DNA of 64,000 nucleotides from an uncultured Candidatus Saccharibacteria bacterium (GTDB taxonomy: Bacteria > Patescibacteriota > Saccharimonadia > Saccharimonadales > CAZDQS01), in contig CAZDQS010000003.1 of assembly GCA_964507855.1 (NCBI GenBank), positions 85,988-149,987 on the forward strand, given 5' to 3'. The notes under the pieces are model-generated. The model had not been told where the DNA came from. It made no database searches and saw nothing but the letters and a program-made list of their open reading frames with translations. Both the position numbers and the translations under genes were made by a program. Below, piece after piece: positions 54,415-62,856 of the stretch (the stretch's first letter is position 1; each line of letters begins with the position of its first letter).

Positions 54415-54876
54415 GTGAAAAAGAAGTCACAGAACCAGCCGAAAGCAATTAGCAACCGGCGGGCGCGGCATGATTACGCGCTCGACGATTCTTTAGTTGT
54501 TGGCATTGAACTGAACGGCCGGGAAGTAAAGGCGCTCCGCACCGGCCATGGCCACCTGCAGGGCGCGTATGTGACCATCAAAGACGGGGAGCTGTGGCTT
54601 ATTAACGCCACGATTGCCGGCTTCAACGGTGTGCCTATCAGTGAAACCGAGCAGACCCGCAGCCGCAAACTGCTGGCCAAACGGCGCGAGATTGAGCAGC
54701 TGATACGCGCCAAGGAGCAGGGAAGAACTATCGTACCACTCGAGATACTAACTGGCGGCCGTTACATCAAAGTCCGTATTGCTGCGGGTCGGGGCAAGAA
54801 ATCATATGACAAGCGAGAGACTATCAAGCGCCGCGACCAGACCCGCCACGTAGAACGTGAACTGAGAGCACGATAG
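54415..54876 (+). CDS. smpB: SsrA-binding protein SmpB
   Basis: 153 aa with a GTG start. 'ISNRRARHDYALDDSLVVGIELNGREVKALR' and 'RSRKLLAKRREI' are present. Confidence 0.93.
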   Translation: MKKKSQNQPKAISNRRARHDYALDDSLVVGIELNGREVKALRTGHGHLQGAYVTIKDGELWLINATIAGFNGVPISETEQTRSRKLLAKRREIEQLIRAKEQGRTIVPLEILTGGRYIKVRIAAGRGKKSYDKRETIKRRDQTRHVERELRAR

Positions 54877-54990
54877 TCCATCCAGCAACGGCTGCCCAGA
54901 CGTACCCCCTAAGGGCCTGGGATTGAAAAGCAAAATGTGGTATAAATATACCGTAAGAACTTATAGTATTTACGGGTTTTTGCAGATTAT

Positions 54991-56028
54991 ATGATTAGTT
55001 TTGTTTGGGCCGACCATAATCCACTCTATGCCGGAAGGGGAGGCACAGAGTCTTTCACCATCGGAAAGATACGCGAGCTCAAATCACGGGGTATCCCGTC
55101 TCGAGTCCTGAGTCTGGGCCTCGGCAAAAACGATGGCCGCCAGTTTTATGATGATATTGAGTTCGTGGACCTGGACTCACCCAAGCGACTATCTGAGCTC
55201 GATGACATACTGGTATACGTCAATTATCCGTACAATGTCCCGACAAAGAAACGCTCTTTCACTTTCTTGCATTATCCACCACTCGACACCAGAAGCAGTG
55301 CCAAGCCGCCAAATTACCGCAAACTCCTCCACCCGGAAACTGTCATTATCACGAACAGCCGCTTCATGCGGGGTGTGTGGTCAGAGTTCTTGGGCATTAA
55401 TGTCAACAAAATCCACATCGTTTACCCATTTGCAGATCCTGTTTTTTCTAATGTAAAGCGCCCGAAGAAAACCTGGAACAACACCCGCGTACTCTTCGCG
55501 GGGCGACTAGTACCAGAGAAGGGAATATTTTTATTTCTGGAGGCAATGCATCATAAGATTCTGCAGGAAGGCTTTAAGTTCCGGGTAACGAATGCTGGGA
55601 ACCAGACAGATCAGGGCGCTGCAATCGAGAAACTCCTCCGATATCACCCATGGGTGCAAGTACTCAAGGCGCGGTACACACCGGCAGAAATGGCACGCCT
55701 GTATGCCCGCCACGATATCGTCGTCGTGCCCTCGAACAACCATTATTGGCACGAGGCTTTCGGTATGGTTTCGGTCGAAGCGCAGCACAGCGGCTGCAAG
55801 GTGATTGCCAGCAACAGCGGCGGCCTGCCCGAGACGAACTGCGGCGAACTGATGCTGTTCCAGCCCAGCAACTCATTTGATTTGGCACAAAAGATCGTAA
55901 AAGCCGCTACTGACGGCCCCATACTTCCGGAGTATCGGGCAGATACTATTACACATTTCACGCGAGCCTCATCGGTTGATGCGCTTCTGAGCATTATCAG
56001 TCGCTACTCCAAAGTACAGTTCGCCTAG
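54991..56028 (+). CDS. glycosyltransferase family 4
   Basis: 345 aa with 'FAGRLVPEKGI' and 'VVPSNNHYWHEAFGMVSVEAQHSGCKVIASNSGGLPE'. Confidence 0.8.
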   Translation: MISFVWADHNPLYAGRGGTESFTIGKIRELKSRGIPSRVLSLGLGKNDGRQFYDDIEFVDLDSPKRLSELDDILVYVNYPYNVPTKKRSFTFLHYPPLDTRSSAKPPNYRKLLHPETVIITNSRFMRGVWSEFLGINVNKIHIVYPFADPVFSNVKRPKKTWNNTRVLFAGRLVPEKGIFLFLEAMHHKILQEGFKFRVTNAGNQTDQGAAIEKLLRYHPWVQVLKARYTPAEMARLYARHDIVVVPSNNHYWHEAFGMVSVEAQHSGCKVIASNSGGLPETNCGELMLFQPSNSFDLAQKIVKAATDGPILPEYRADTITHFTRASSVDALLSIISRYSKVQFA

Positions 56029-56069
56029 GCACGCCCCACGCCTGTCGATATCATCCTGCTATTGCTATA

Positions 56070-57671
56070 ATGCTTAGTATGGATCAACCCTTTGAGCTGC
56101 TGCCATTCTCTGAAATGGTGGTTTATCAGATATACCCGCGCAGTTTCAAGGACTCTTCTGGTGATGGCGTCGGCGACTTGAAGGGCATTACCAGCAAACT
56201 AGACTATCTCGAATGGCTGGGCATAAATGCGATATGGATATCGCCCTTTTACAAGTCTCCCATGGCGGATTTCGGCTACGACGTAGCCGATTATTATAAA
56301 GTAGACCCACTGTTTGGCAGCATGAGAGATTTTGACGAACTACTCAGCGAGGCCCACCGGCGCAAAATCAAAGTCCTCTTGGATTTCGTACCCAACCACA
56401 CATCAGACCGGCACGCCTGGTTCAAAGAATCACGAGCAAGCAGGGAAAGCCCCAAGCGCGACTGGTACATCTGGGCAGACCCGAAGCCCAATGGCTCTCC
56501 GCCCAATAATTGGCTCAGCGTATTCGGGGGTTCCGCCTGGGAATTCGATGAAAAAACCGGCCAGTATTACATGCACAGCTTCCTCAAAGAGCAGCCCGAT
56601 CTGAACTGGGCCAATCCGGCCGTACGTGAAGCCATGAAGGATGCGATGCACTTTTGGTTCGACAAAGGCGTGGACGGCTTCCGGGTCGACGCCGTGTACT
56701 GGATGGCAAAAGACGCCAAGCTGCGTGACGACCCGCCCAACCCCAACTTCAAGCCACACGCAGACAACCCCTACGACTCCCTTCAGCACGAATACAGCAG
56801 CAGACGGCCAGAGCTTTACGGCTATCTCAAAGAGCTCGCCCGTGTCGCCGCCGAATACAAAAACCGTATCCTCGTCACAGAAGCTTATCCCGAGAAGCGA
56901 TTCAACCTCGCAGGATACCTGGATTTTTATGAAAATGTCGACCCAGAACATCTCGTACCGTTCAACTTCGAAGGACTGCATCTACCCTGGGATGCGCGGG
57001 CGTACAAACAGTACATCGACGCTTTCCAGGCGGCCCTGAAGCCAAATTATTGCCCGGTGTACGTCACCGGTAACCACGACAAACCCCGCATTGCCACCCG
57101 AATAGGGTACAAGGCCTCCCGGGCGGCGGCCTTGCTTCTCCTCAGTCTGCCGGGTATGCCGTTTATTTATTACGGCGATGAAATCGGCATGGAAAACGTG
57201 CCACTCAAAAAGCATGAGATTCGAGATCCCTTTGAGCTTAACGTGCCAGACCGCCGACTCGGCCGGGACCCAGGACGAACCCCCATGCAGTGGGCGCCCG
57301 TACGGCATGGCGGCTTCTCCCGCGTAACGCCGTGGCTCCCTCTGAGCAACAAGCACAAATCACGTGACGTAGAGTCTCAATCTAAAGACCCGAGCTCAAT
57401 ACTCAACCTCTACCGGAACCTCCTTTACTTCCGGCGGGCATCACCGACCCTGAAGTATGGCGGCTACCATGCAGTCGCCTCGCCGCATCGGGACGTATAC
57501 ATGTTCGTGCGGGAATACGAAGGCGAAAAGCTACTCATTGCCATTAACTTCTCTAACAAACGGCTCCGGAAACTCCCCGTGAAAGGCACGCCGATTATTT
57601 CTACTGCCGGTCATAAGGTGCCTGCTCGCGCGCTCCTTCCGCTTGAGGGACGCATCATCAGACTCGACTAA
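56070..57671 (+). CDS. GH13 alpha-glucosidase / oligo-1,6-glucosidase family
   Basis: 533 aa carrying the conserved GH13 regions 'DFVPNHTSD', 'GFRVDAVYW', 'LVTEAY' and 'VTGNHD'. Confidence 0.9.
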   Translation: MLSMDQPFELLPFSEMVVYQIYPRSFKDSSGDGVGDLKGITSKLDYLEWLGINAIWISPFYKSPMADFGYDVADYYKVDPLFGSMRDFDELLSEAHRRKIKVLLDFVPNHTSDRHAWFKESRASRESPKRDWYIWADPKPNGSPPNNWLSVFGGSAWEFDEKTGQYYMHSFLKEQPDLNWANPAVREAMKDAMHFWFDKGVDGFRVDAVYWMAKDAKLRDDPPNPNFKPHADNPYDSLQHEYSSRRPELYGYLKELARVAAEYKNRILVTEAYPEKRFNLAGYLDFYENVDPEHLVPFNFEGLHLPWDARAYKQYIDAFQAALKPNYCPVYVTGNHDKPRIATRIGYKASRAAALLLLSLPGMPFIYYGDEIGMENVPLKKHEIRDPFELNVPDRRLGRDPGRTPMQWAPVRHGGFSRVTPWLPLSNKHKSRDVESQSKDPSSILNLYRNLLYFRRASPTLKYGGYHAVASPHRDVYMFVREYEGEKLLIAINFSNKRLRKLPVKGTPIISTAGHKVPARALLPLEGRIIRLD

Positions 57672-57813
57672 TGAGCAAATAGTTGCCACTTTCGCCCCTG
57701 TTCGGTATAATTTGTCCGACAGTGTGCTCATGGGAAAAGAGCAGCCCGAGAGGCGAATTCATTTCGCCCCCGGCGCGATGAGAAAAACCGCAGGTTTGTC
57801 TCATTACTGTTGT

Positions 57814-57888
57814 TCCGGGGTAGCTCAGCGGTAGAGCGGGTGGCTGTTAACCACTAGGTCGAAGGTTCGAATCCTTTCCCCGGAGCCA
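57814..57888 (+). tRNA. tRNA-Asn (anticodon GUU), CCA encoded
   Basis: TCCGGGG-TA-GCTC-AGCGGTA-GAGC-G-GGTGG-CTGTTAA-CCACT-AGGTC-GAAGG-TTCGAAT-CCTTT-CCCCGGA-G-CCA folds as a cloverleaf. Confidence 0.92.
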
Positions 57889-58019
57889 AACCAAGCACTA
57901 ACAGATGTAGATCGGGTTCCTAGACCGGTCTTTTCTATTTTCTTAGGTTACCTCCTATCTGTTATTTAGTTCGAATCCGGTTTCCCTAAACTTTGAATAT
58001 GTAGCTTAGTTGTTGGAAC
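57889..58019 (+). repeat. cassette leader block, copy 1
   Basis: About 85% identical (111/131 by hand alignment) to 59174..59305. It contains a nested inverted repeat AACAGAT...ATCTGTT and an inner hairpin followed by TTTTCT. Confidence 0.8.
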
Positions 58020-58164
58020 CGCTGAAAACCATATAACTTAACTTCACACCCCCTTTAAACAGTTCCAAAAGTGACCCGTTCCCCCATGGCGACCCAGCGG
58101 TTGAAAACCCAACATGGTTCCGTGACCATTGTTAGTATGCTTATGCTTTGCGGTTAGGTGAAAT

Positions 58165-58596
58165 GTGTATCTAATGTATTGTAATCTACAACATGATGAG
58201 TTTAATCAGCCCAATAATCCGCTGACTGACGCTTATGAGAACGCCATCGGTACATGCTTGGCTGCATATCCAATATACGGCAAACCTCTTAGTGAGGTAT
58301 TTCCAATCGCTGAAATAGTATCCGACTACGAAAATATTAGAGATACAAGGCTTACAATTGTAAACGAGAAGATAGAGATGACGAAACAAAAGATTCGCGA
58401 GCAAGGTCGAACCGACCTACACATTCTTTACGAACTTCAAAAGTACGTATTCATCAGGGAGTGTATAAGTAATAGAGTATTTAACCATCTCAGCATTAAA
58501 CATCCCGACCTATCTATTCCCAACTTCTCCGAAATCTATACTCAAGACCTCGAATCCTGTGGCGTACAACTAAAAATAGAAAGGGCGCATGAATAA
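58165..58596 (+). CDS. hypothetical protein (cassette 1, gene 1)
   Basis: A 143-aa ORF with an uncertain start (GTG 58165 or ATG 58174). No motif was recognised. Its stop shares 1 nt with the next ATG (TAATG). Confidence 0.5.
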   Translation: MYLMYCNLQHDEFNQPNNPLTDAYENAIGTCLAAYPIYGKPLSEVFPIAEIVSDYENIRDTRLTIVNEKIEMTKQKIREQGRTDLHILYELQKYVFIRECISNRVFNHLSIKHPDLSIPNFSEIYTQDLESCGVQLKIERAHE

Positions 58597-59084
58597 TGGC
58601 AACACAACGATATGTAATCATTAAACTACTAGAGCAGTTGAAAGAAGGTGACGAGTTTTCTCCAGAAAATTACCCTCTACACATCACTATTGTTCCAAGT
58701 TTTCAGCTTGAAAGAATGGACGACGTTTTGTTGGGTAAAATAAAACGGCTTTGTGACAACCTCAAGGCATTTACCCTTACAGCCGGACAGGATGAGTTTT
58801 TTGGCCCAAATAGAGAGGTTCACGTTACGACAATGGTTATGAATGATGAGATTCGCCGACTACACAATAGACTGGTAGGTATCTTAGCGGATGCAGGTGC
58901 TATCTTCGATGAGCCTGAATATATGTTTGAGAATTACCACGCACATGCGACCGTTCAAAGAGCCACTCGTTTGTATAGCAACGACTCAGTCACGGTAGAG
59001 GATGTAACAATTATTGACAAGTTACCAAATGGTAATCCGGACAAACGAAAATTATTAAAAACGCTATATTTTTCTAAACGATAG
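58596..59084 (+). CDS. 2H phosphoesterase superfamily protein (LigT/cyclic phosphodiesterase-like)
   Basis: 162 aa with two HxT motifs at the expected spacing, 'PLHITIV' and 'HAHATVQ'. Confidence 0.68.
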   Translation: MATQRYVIIKLLEQLKEGDEFSPENYPLHITIVPSFQLERMDDVLLGKIKRLCDNLKAFTLTAGQDEFFGPNREVHVTTMVMNDEIRRLHNRLVGILADAGAIFDEPEYMFENYHAHATVQRATRLYSNDSVTVEDVTIIDKLPNGNPDKRKLLKTLYFSKR

Positions 59085-59173
59085 TTTTGATAATTAAAAG
59101 ATGTAAGCTAAAGTAAAGCGAGCCTAAAATTAGGTGGTAAAAGCTCTTGGTTCGAATCCAGTCCCCGGAGCCA
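59085..59173 (+). pseudogene. degenerate tRNA-Asn copy closing cassette 1
   Basis: It starts right after the stop codon. GATGTAAGCTAAAGTAAAGCG parallels the tRNA GGGGTAGCTCAGCGGTAGAGCG. The 3' 25 nt GGTTCGAATCCAGTCCCCGGAGCCA differ at 2 positions from the tRNA. The 5' acceptor strand is missing. Confidence 0.75.
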
Positions 59174-59305
59174 AACCAAGCACTAACAGAGGTAGACCGG
59201 TTTCCTAGACCGGTCTTTTCTATTTTCTCAATCTACCTCTTATCTGTTATTTAGTTCGAGCCTGGTTTCCCTAAAGATGAACTATGTGGTGTGGTTGTTG
59301 GAACT
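59174..59305 (+). repeat. cassette leader block, copy 2
   Basis: It matches 57889..58019. The inner hairpin AGACCGGT-ttcctag-ACCGGTCT plus TTTTCT lies at 59194-59220, inside the inverted repeat AACAGAGGTAGA...TCTACCTCttaTCTGTT. Confidence 0.8.
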
Positions 59306-59434
59306 GTCGCAAGCGACTAATTCTTACTTTTGGCCCCTATTGTTTGGTTTCGAAACTGACCAGTCAGCCTCATAGGGACTGTGCAGTCCAAAAGTCGACC
59401 GGGTTCCGTGACCGAAAGCTGATACTATATCTCT

Positions 59435-60475
59435 ATGAAAACCTTTCTAAAACTACCGAAACTTAAGCCTGGCGACCAAGTTGGCATTGTCTCTCCTTCG
59501 GCTGGCCTGCCAGGCTTATTTCCATGGGTACAGGATTTAGGACTGGAAAGACTACAGAACGTCTTTCAGCTGACTCCAAAAGAGTACCGGACTACTCGAC
59601 AAATGGGTTCGTCGCTTGAAGACCGTGCTCAGGACATTATGGCTGCTTTTAGTGATCAGGTTAACAAAGCTGTGTTTGCCTCTATTGGTGGAGAAGACCA
59701 AATAAAGCTCATTAAACTACTCGACCCTAAAGTATTTACTGACAACCCTAAACCATTTTTCGGATACAGCGACAATACTCATCTGCATAATTTTCTATGG
59801 GGATTAGGTATTCCTTCTTACTATGGCGGTGGGATTATGACCGAATTGGCCTTTCAGCAAAAAATCCCAGACCTTACCATTAAATACTTAAACCAGGCGC
59901 TTTTTGAAACAGGCGAGCTAGAAGTCGAGTCTTCTAGTGAATTCAACGACATCGGACTTGACTGGTCAGCAAAAGAAAACCTGGATAAACCACGGCAATT
60001 TGAGCCGAATGATGGACCACAATGGGATGGTAACAAAAGTGCGGAAGGTATACTGTGGGGCGGATGCGTCGAGTCACTTATTGTACAGTGTTCTACCGAA
60101 AAGTATTTACCTAAGCAAGAAGACCTGGAAGGTACGATTTTATTCATCGAAACTGCGGAGGATATCCCTGATGCATGGATTATCGAGTATCTGCTGACGG
60201 GCTTTGGCGAACGTGGGTGGTTTGATGTCTTTCAGGGTGTATTGGTTGGACGACCAAAATCATGGGAATTCGACAAACAAAATTCGCCTGAGCAGAAAGT
60301 AGCCTACAAGAAGCAGCAGCGCGAGACTATCGTAAAAACGGTCCGAGAATACAATGTCAATATTCCTATTGTTCAGAATTTAGATTTTGGTCACACAGCT
60401 CCACAAATTGTTATGCCTTATGGCGGCTTGGCAAGGATAGATTCTACCGCACATAGAATTATCCTAACTTATTAA
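59435..60475 (+). CDS. S66 family LD-carboxypeptidase / MccF-like serine peptidase (cassette 2)
   Basis: 346 aa with 'GDQVGIVSPSAG', the nucleophile motif 'FFGYSDNTHL', and 'DFGHTAPQ'. Confidence 0.85.
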   Translation: MKTFLKLPKLKPGDQVGIVSPSAGLPGLFPWVQDLGLERLQNVFQLTPKEYRTTRQMGSSLEDRAQDIMAAFSDQVNKAVFASIGGEDQIKLIKLLDPKVFTDNPKPFFGYSDNTHLHNFLWGLGIPSYYGGGIMTELAFQQKIPDLTIKYLNQALFETGELEVESSSEFNDIGLDWSAKENLDKPRQFEPNDGPQWDGNKSAEGILWGGCVESLIVQCSTEKYLPKQEDLEGTILFIETAEDIPDAWIIEYLLTGFGERGWFDVFQGVLVGRPKSWEFDKQNSPEQKVAYKKQQRETIVKTVREYNVNIPIVQNLDFGHTAPQIVMPYGGLARIDSTAHRIILTY

Positions 60476-60565
60476 TTTTTGATAATTCACAGATGTAAGC
60501 TAAGGTAGGGCGAGCCTAGAAATAGGTGGTAGTTATCGCTGGTTCGAATCCTTTCCCCGGAGCCA
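60476..60565 (+). pseudogene. degenerate tRNA-Asn copy closing cassette 2
   Basis: It starts right after the stop codon and is about 80% identical to 59085..59173. The last 25 nt (60541-60565) are identical to tRNA-Asn 57864-57888. Sequence after CCA diverges from the leader blocks. Confidence 0.8.
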
Positions 60566-60870
60566 ATTTTGACTATTAGGGTCAAGCAATAACCCAGAGA
60601 AAGGTTTCAACAGATACAGTTGGAGCCTTTTTTGGTTCAAAGTAAGGTTCGCAAGTAGCAATCGTAAAATCTTGTTCTTTTGCTGTGGTTGCGAACTTTC
60701 AAACAAATCTTTGGCTCTTGAGGCTAGTCGTAACAGATGTTCTGCTGTTACTACGAAACTTTTATCATTGTTTGTAAACTCAACAAGTTTGCGGTCTAAT
60801 TCGTCCATCTCAGCCTTTAGCTTAGTTACATATTTGTCATAGTCAGCGACAGTAATTCTTGTCAGCTATT
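60533..60870 (-). pseudogene. 5'-truncated remnant of a large serine recombinase (C-terminal region only)
   Basis: The open frame begins right after a TAG. It reads 'LTRITVADYDKYVTKLKAEMDELDRKLVEFTNNDKSFVVTAEHLLRLASRAKDLFESSQPQQKNKILRLLLANLTLNQKRLQLYLLKPF', a pattern I associate with the C-terminal coiled-coil/tail of serine integrases. There is no catalytic domain. Confidence 0.5.
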
Positions 60871-60885
60871 ATACAATAATGTTAT

Positions 60886-61068
60886 ATGGCAAACGACGAA
60901 CTACCAGAGTATCTAACACTTAGTGAGGTCAGCAAGATGCTGAAAGTGCATCCTAACACCTTACGTAACTGGGATAAGAGCGGTACACTCAAGCCCATTC
61001 GGATTGGCGAACGCAAAATACGACGATACAAAAAAGAAGACGTAATGAAGTTTTTGGAGCAAAAATGA
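60886..61068 (+). CDS. excisionase-family (MerR-type) helix-turn-helix DNA-binding protein
   Basis: 60 aa with 'LTLSEVSKMLKVHPNTLRNWDKSGTLKPIRIGERKIRRYKKEDV'. Confidence 0.8.
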   Translation: MANDELPEYLTLSEVSKMLKVHPNTLRNWDKSGTLKPIRIGERKIRRYKKEDVMKFLEQK

Positions 61069-61736
61069 CCGAGTTAAATAAAGCCACGCTTGCGTTTGTT
61101 GAAAAACTTAAAAACCAAGAAAATGTTCTAGGGATTGTGTTATTCGGCTCTTGGGCAAGAGGCAACCAAAGAGCGACCAGCGACGTTGATTTAGTTGTAA
61201 TCGTCAAAGAAGGGTATAGAAGGTCTGTTGAACAGCTTGATGGTCAGGTGTTTGAAATAATATACGTCACTGCCAAAGGTGCAAAAGATTACTACAAGAC
61301 TGACCTTGATGCCACTCAAAGATTTTGGAAGATTGCTAAAATACTTTTTGATAGAGATGGAAGTGTTGAGGGCGTTAAGCAGTTTGCAATCAACCTGACA
61401 AGCGAGGGCAAAAAACCACTTAGCGACGATACTTTACGCCATTTTGAATTTGATGCACAAGACCAAATTAGCTTTGCGAAAGATGCTCACAAGAATGGAG
61501 ATATGGCAACGGCAAATCTAATACTATCTATTAAGATGGCTGCTCTTACCGAAATATACTTTGACACTATTAAAGAATGGCGACCAGCTCCAAAACAGGT
61601 ACTAAGTGAGATTGAAAGCAGAGATAGCGAGTTGCACGGCTACTTCGTACAATTCTTTGCCGACGATATAAGCTTTGACGATAAGGTTTCTGTTGCTTCT
61701 GATATTGTTAAAACAATTTTTGAAGACAAGGCATAG
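61065..61736 (+). CDS. nucleotidyltransferase-domain protein with helical C-terminal domain (KNTase/ANT-like architecture)
   Basis: 223 aa with 'GIVLFGSWARGNQRATSDVDLVVIV' (GS..RG..DxD). It has an ATGA overlap with the HTH gene. Confidence 0.72.
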   Translation: MTELNKATLAFVEKLKNQENVLGIVLFGSWARGNQRATSDVDLVVIVKEGYRRSVEQLDGQVFEIIYVTAKGAKDYYKTDLDATQRFWKIAKILFDRDGSVEGVKQFAINLTSEGKKPLSDDTLRHFEFDAQDQISFAKDAHKNGDMATANLILSIKMAALTEIYFDTIKEWRPAPKQVLSEIESRDSELHGYFVQFFADDISFDDKVSVASDIVKTIFEDKA

Positions 61737-61739
61737 CAA

Positions 61740-62336
61740 ATGATTAAGGCTGTACTCTTTGATGCTGATGGCGTTCTAACGCTACCAGAAGACGTTTTCT
61801 CGGTAGTTTATGCTCGTTCACACGGACTAGATACCAAACCATTTGAAAACTTTTTTAAGAATGACTGGTATCCTATTGTTACAGGCAGTAAAGATTTGAA
61901 GGATAGCATTGCTGCTAACCCTGAGCTTTGGCAATGGAACGGTACTACCGACGAGCTGCTTGATTACTGGTTCAAAACCGAAGATGTCCGCAACGAGGAA
62001 TTACTTACAGAAATTGGTAAGCTAGCCAATCAAGACATACCTTGTTATCTTGCAACCGACCAGGAAAAATACCGTGCTGAGTATATGAAAACTGTTATGT
62101 TTAAGGATATTTTTAGTGGCTACTTTGTGTCAGCTGAGCTTGGAACTACAAAAACAGACCCAAGATTTTTTGAGTTGGTATTGCAGGAGTTGGGCGTCAA
62201 GCACCCTGGAATACAACCAGCTGAGGTCGTCTTCTTTGATGACAGCCAATCAAAAGTAGATACAGCCAAAGCAACAGGAATTGACGCAAGGTTATTTGAA
62301 AGGAATGACCAAGTGAGGGACTTGTTAAATGCCTGA
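61740..62336 (+). CDS. HAD-IA family hydrolase
   Basis: 198 aa with motif I 'AVLFDADGVLT', 'YLATDQEK' and 'VVFFDDSQSKVDTAKATG'. Confidence 0.83.
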   Translation: MIKAVLFDADGVLTLPEDVFSVVYARSHGLDTKPFENFFKNDWYPIVTGSKDLKDSIAANPELWQWNGTTDELLDYWFKTEDVRNEELLTEIGKLANQDIPCYLATDQEKYRAEYMKTVMFKDIFSGYFVSAELGTTKTDPRFFELVLQELGVKHPGIQPAEVVFFDDSQSKVDTAKATGIDARLFERNDQVRDLLNA

Positions 62337-62856
62337 ACCACTTGGCTTAAAACGTGGGACAGTACACTTGATTTCGCATCAATCTTCTTGGGCAACTGAT
62401 TTTGAAAAAGAAAAACTGCAACTTCTTAGTGCGATTGGTGACTATATTTCAACTATTGAACACGTCGGTAGTACATCCATACCTGGCTTAGCTGCTAAGC
62501 CTATCATTGATATGCTTGCCGAAGTTGATAACTTGTCCGTCTATAAACAGCTCATTGAGCCGCTTGCTGCACTTGGATACGAATTTATGCCTGAGCGTAT
62601 CTTTATTGACAGAGTGTTCTTCCCAAAAGGTGCAAGAGAAAACCGCACCCATCATCTCAGTCTTGTAGTAAAGGATAGCGACCAGTGGAAAAAGACTTTG
62701 GCTTTTAGGGATTACTTACGCAAAAACTCTGCTGCAAGGGATAAGTATCAAACACATAAAACCGAGCTTGCGGCAAAGTACCCAGACGACAGAGCCAGTT
62801 ACACTAAAGCCAAAGAACAACTGATTGAGGAGATATTAGATGAGGCATTGATATGA
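62329..62856 (+). CDS. GrpB/UPF0157 family protein (NTase fold)
   Basis: 175 aa with 'IEHVGSTSIPGLAAKPIIDML', 'HHLSLVV' and 'FRDYLRKNSAARDKY'. It overlaps the upstream gene by 8 nt. Confidence 0.85.
   Translation: MPEPLGLKRGTVHLISHQSSWATDFEKEKLQLLSAIGDYISTIEHVGSTSIPGLAAKPIIDMLAEVDNLSVYKQLIEPLAALGYEFMPERIFIDRVFFPKGARENRTHHLSLVVKDSDQWKKTLAFRDYLRKNSAARDKYQTHKTELAAKYPDDRASYTKAKEQLIEEILDEALI

Noticed and set aside
59085-59173. I considered whether the tRNA-like blocks (also 60476..60565) are functional tRNA genes.
   Set aside because: There is no 5' strand complementary to the CCCCGGA acceptor strand, and the anticodon arm is degenerate (CCTAAAATTAGG). They are treated as recombination-site or pseudogene remnants.
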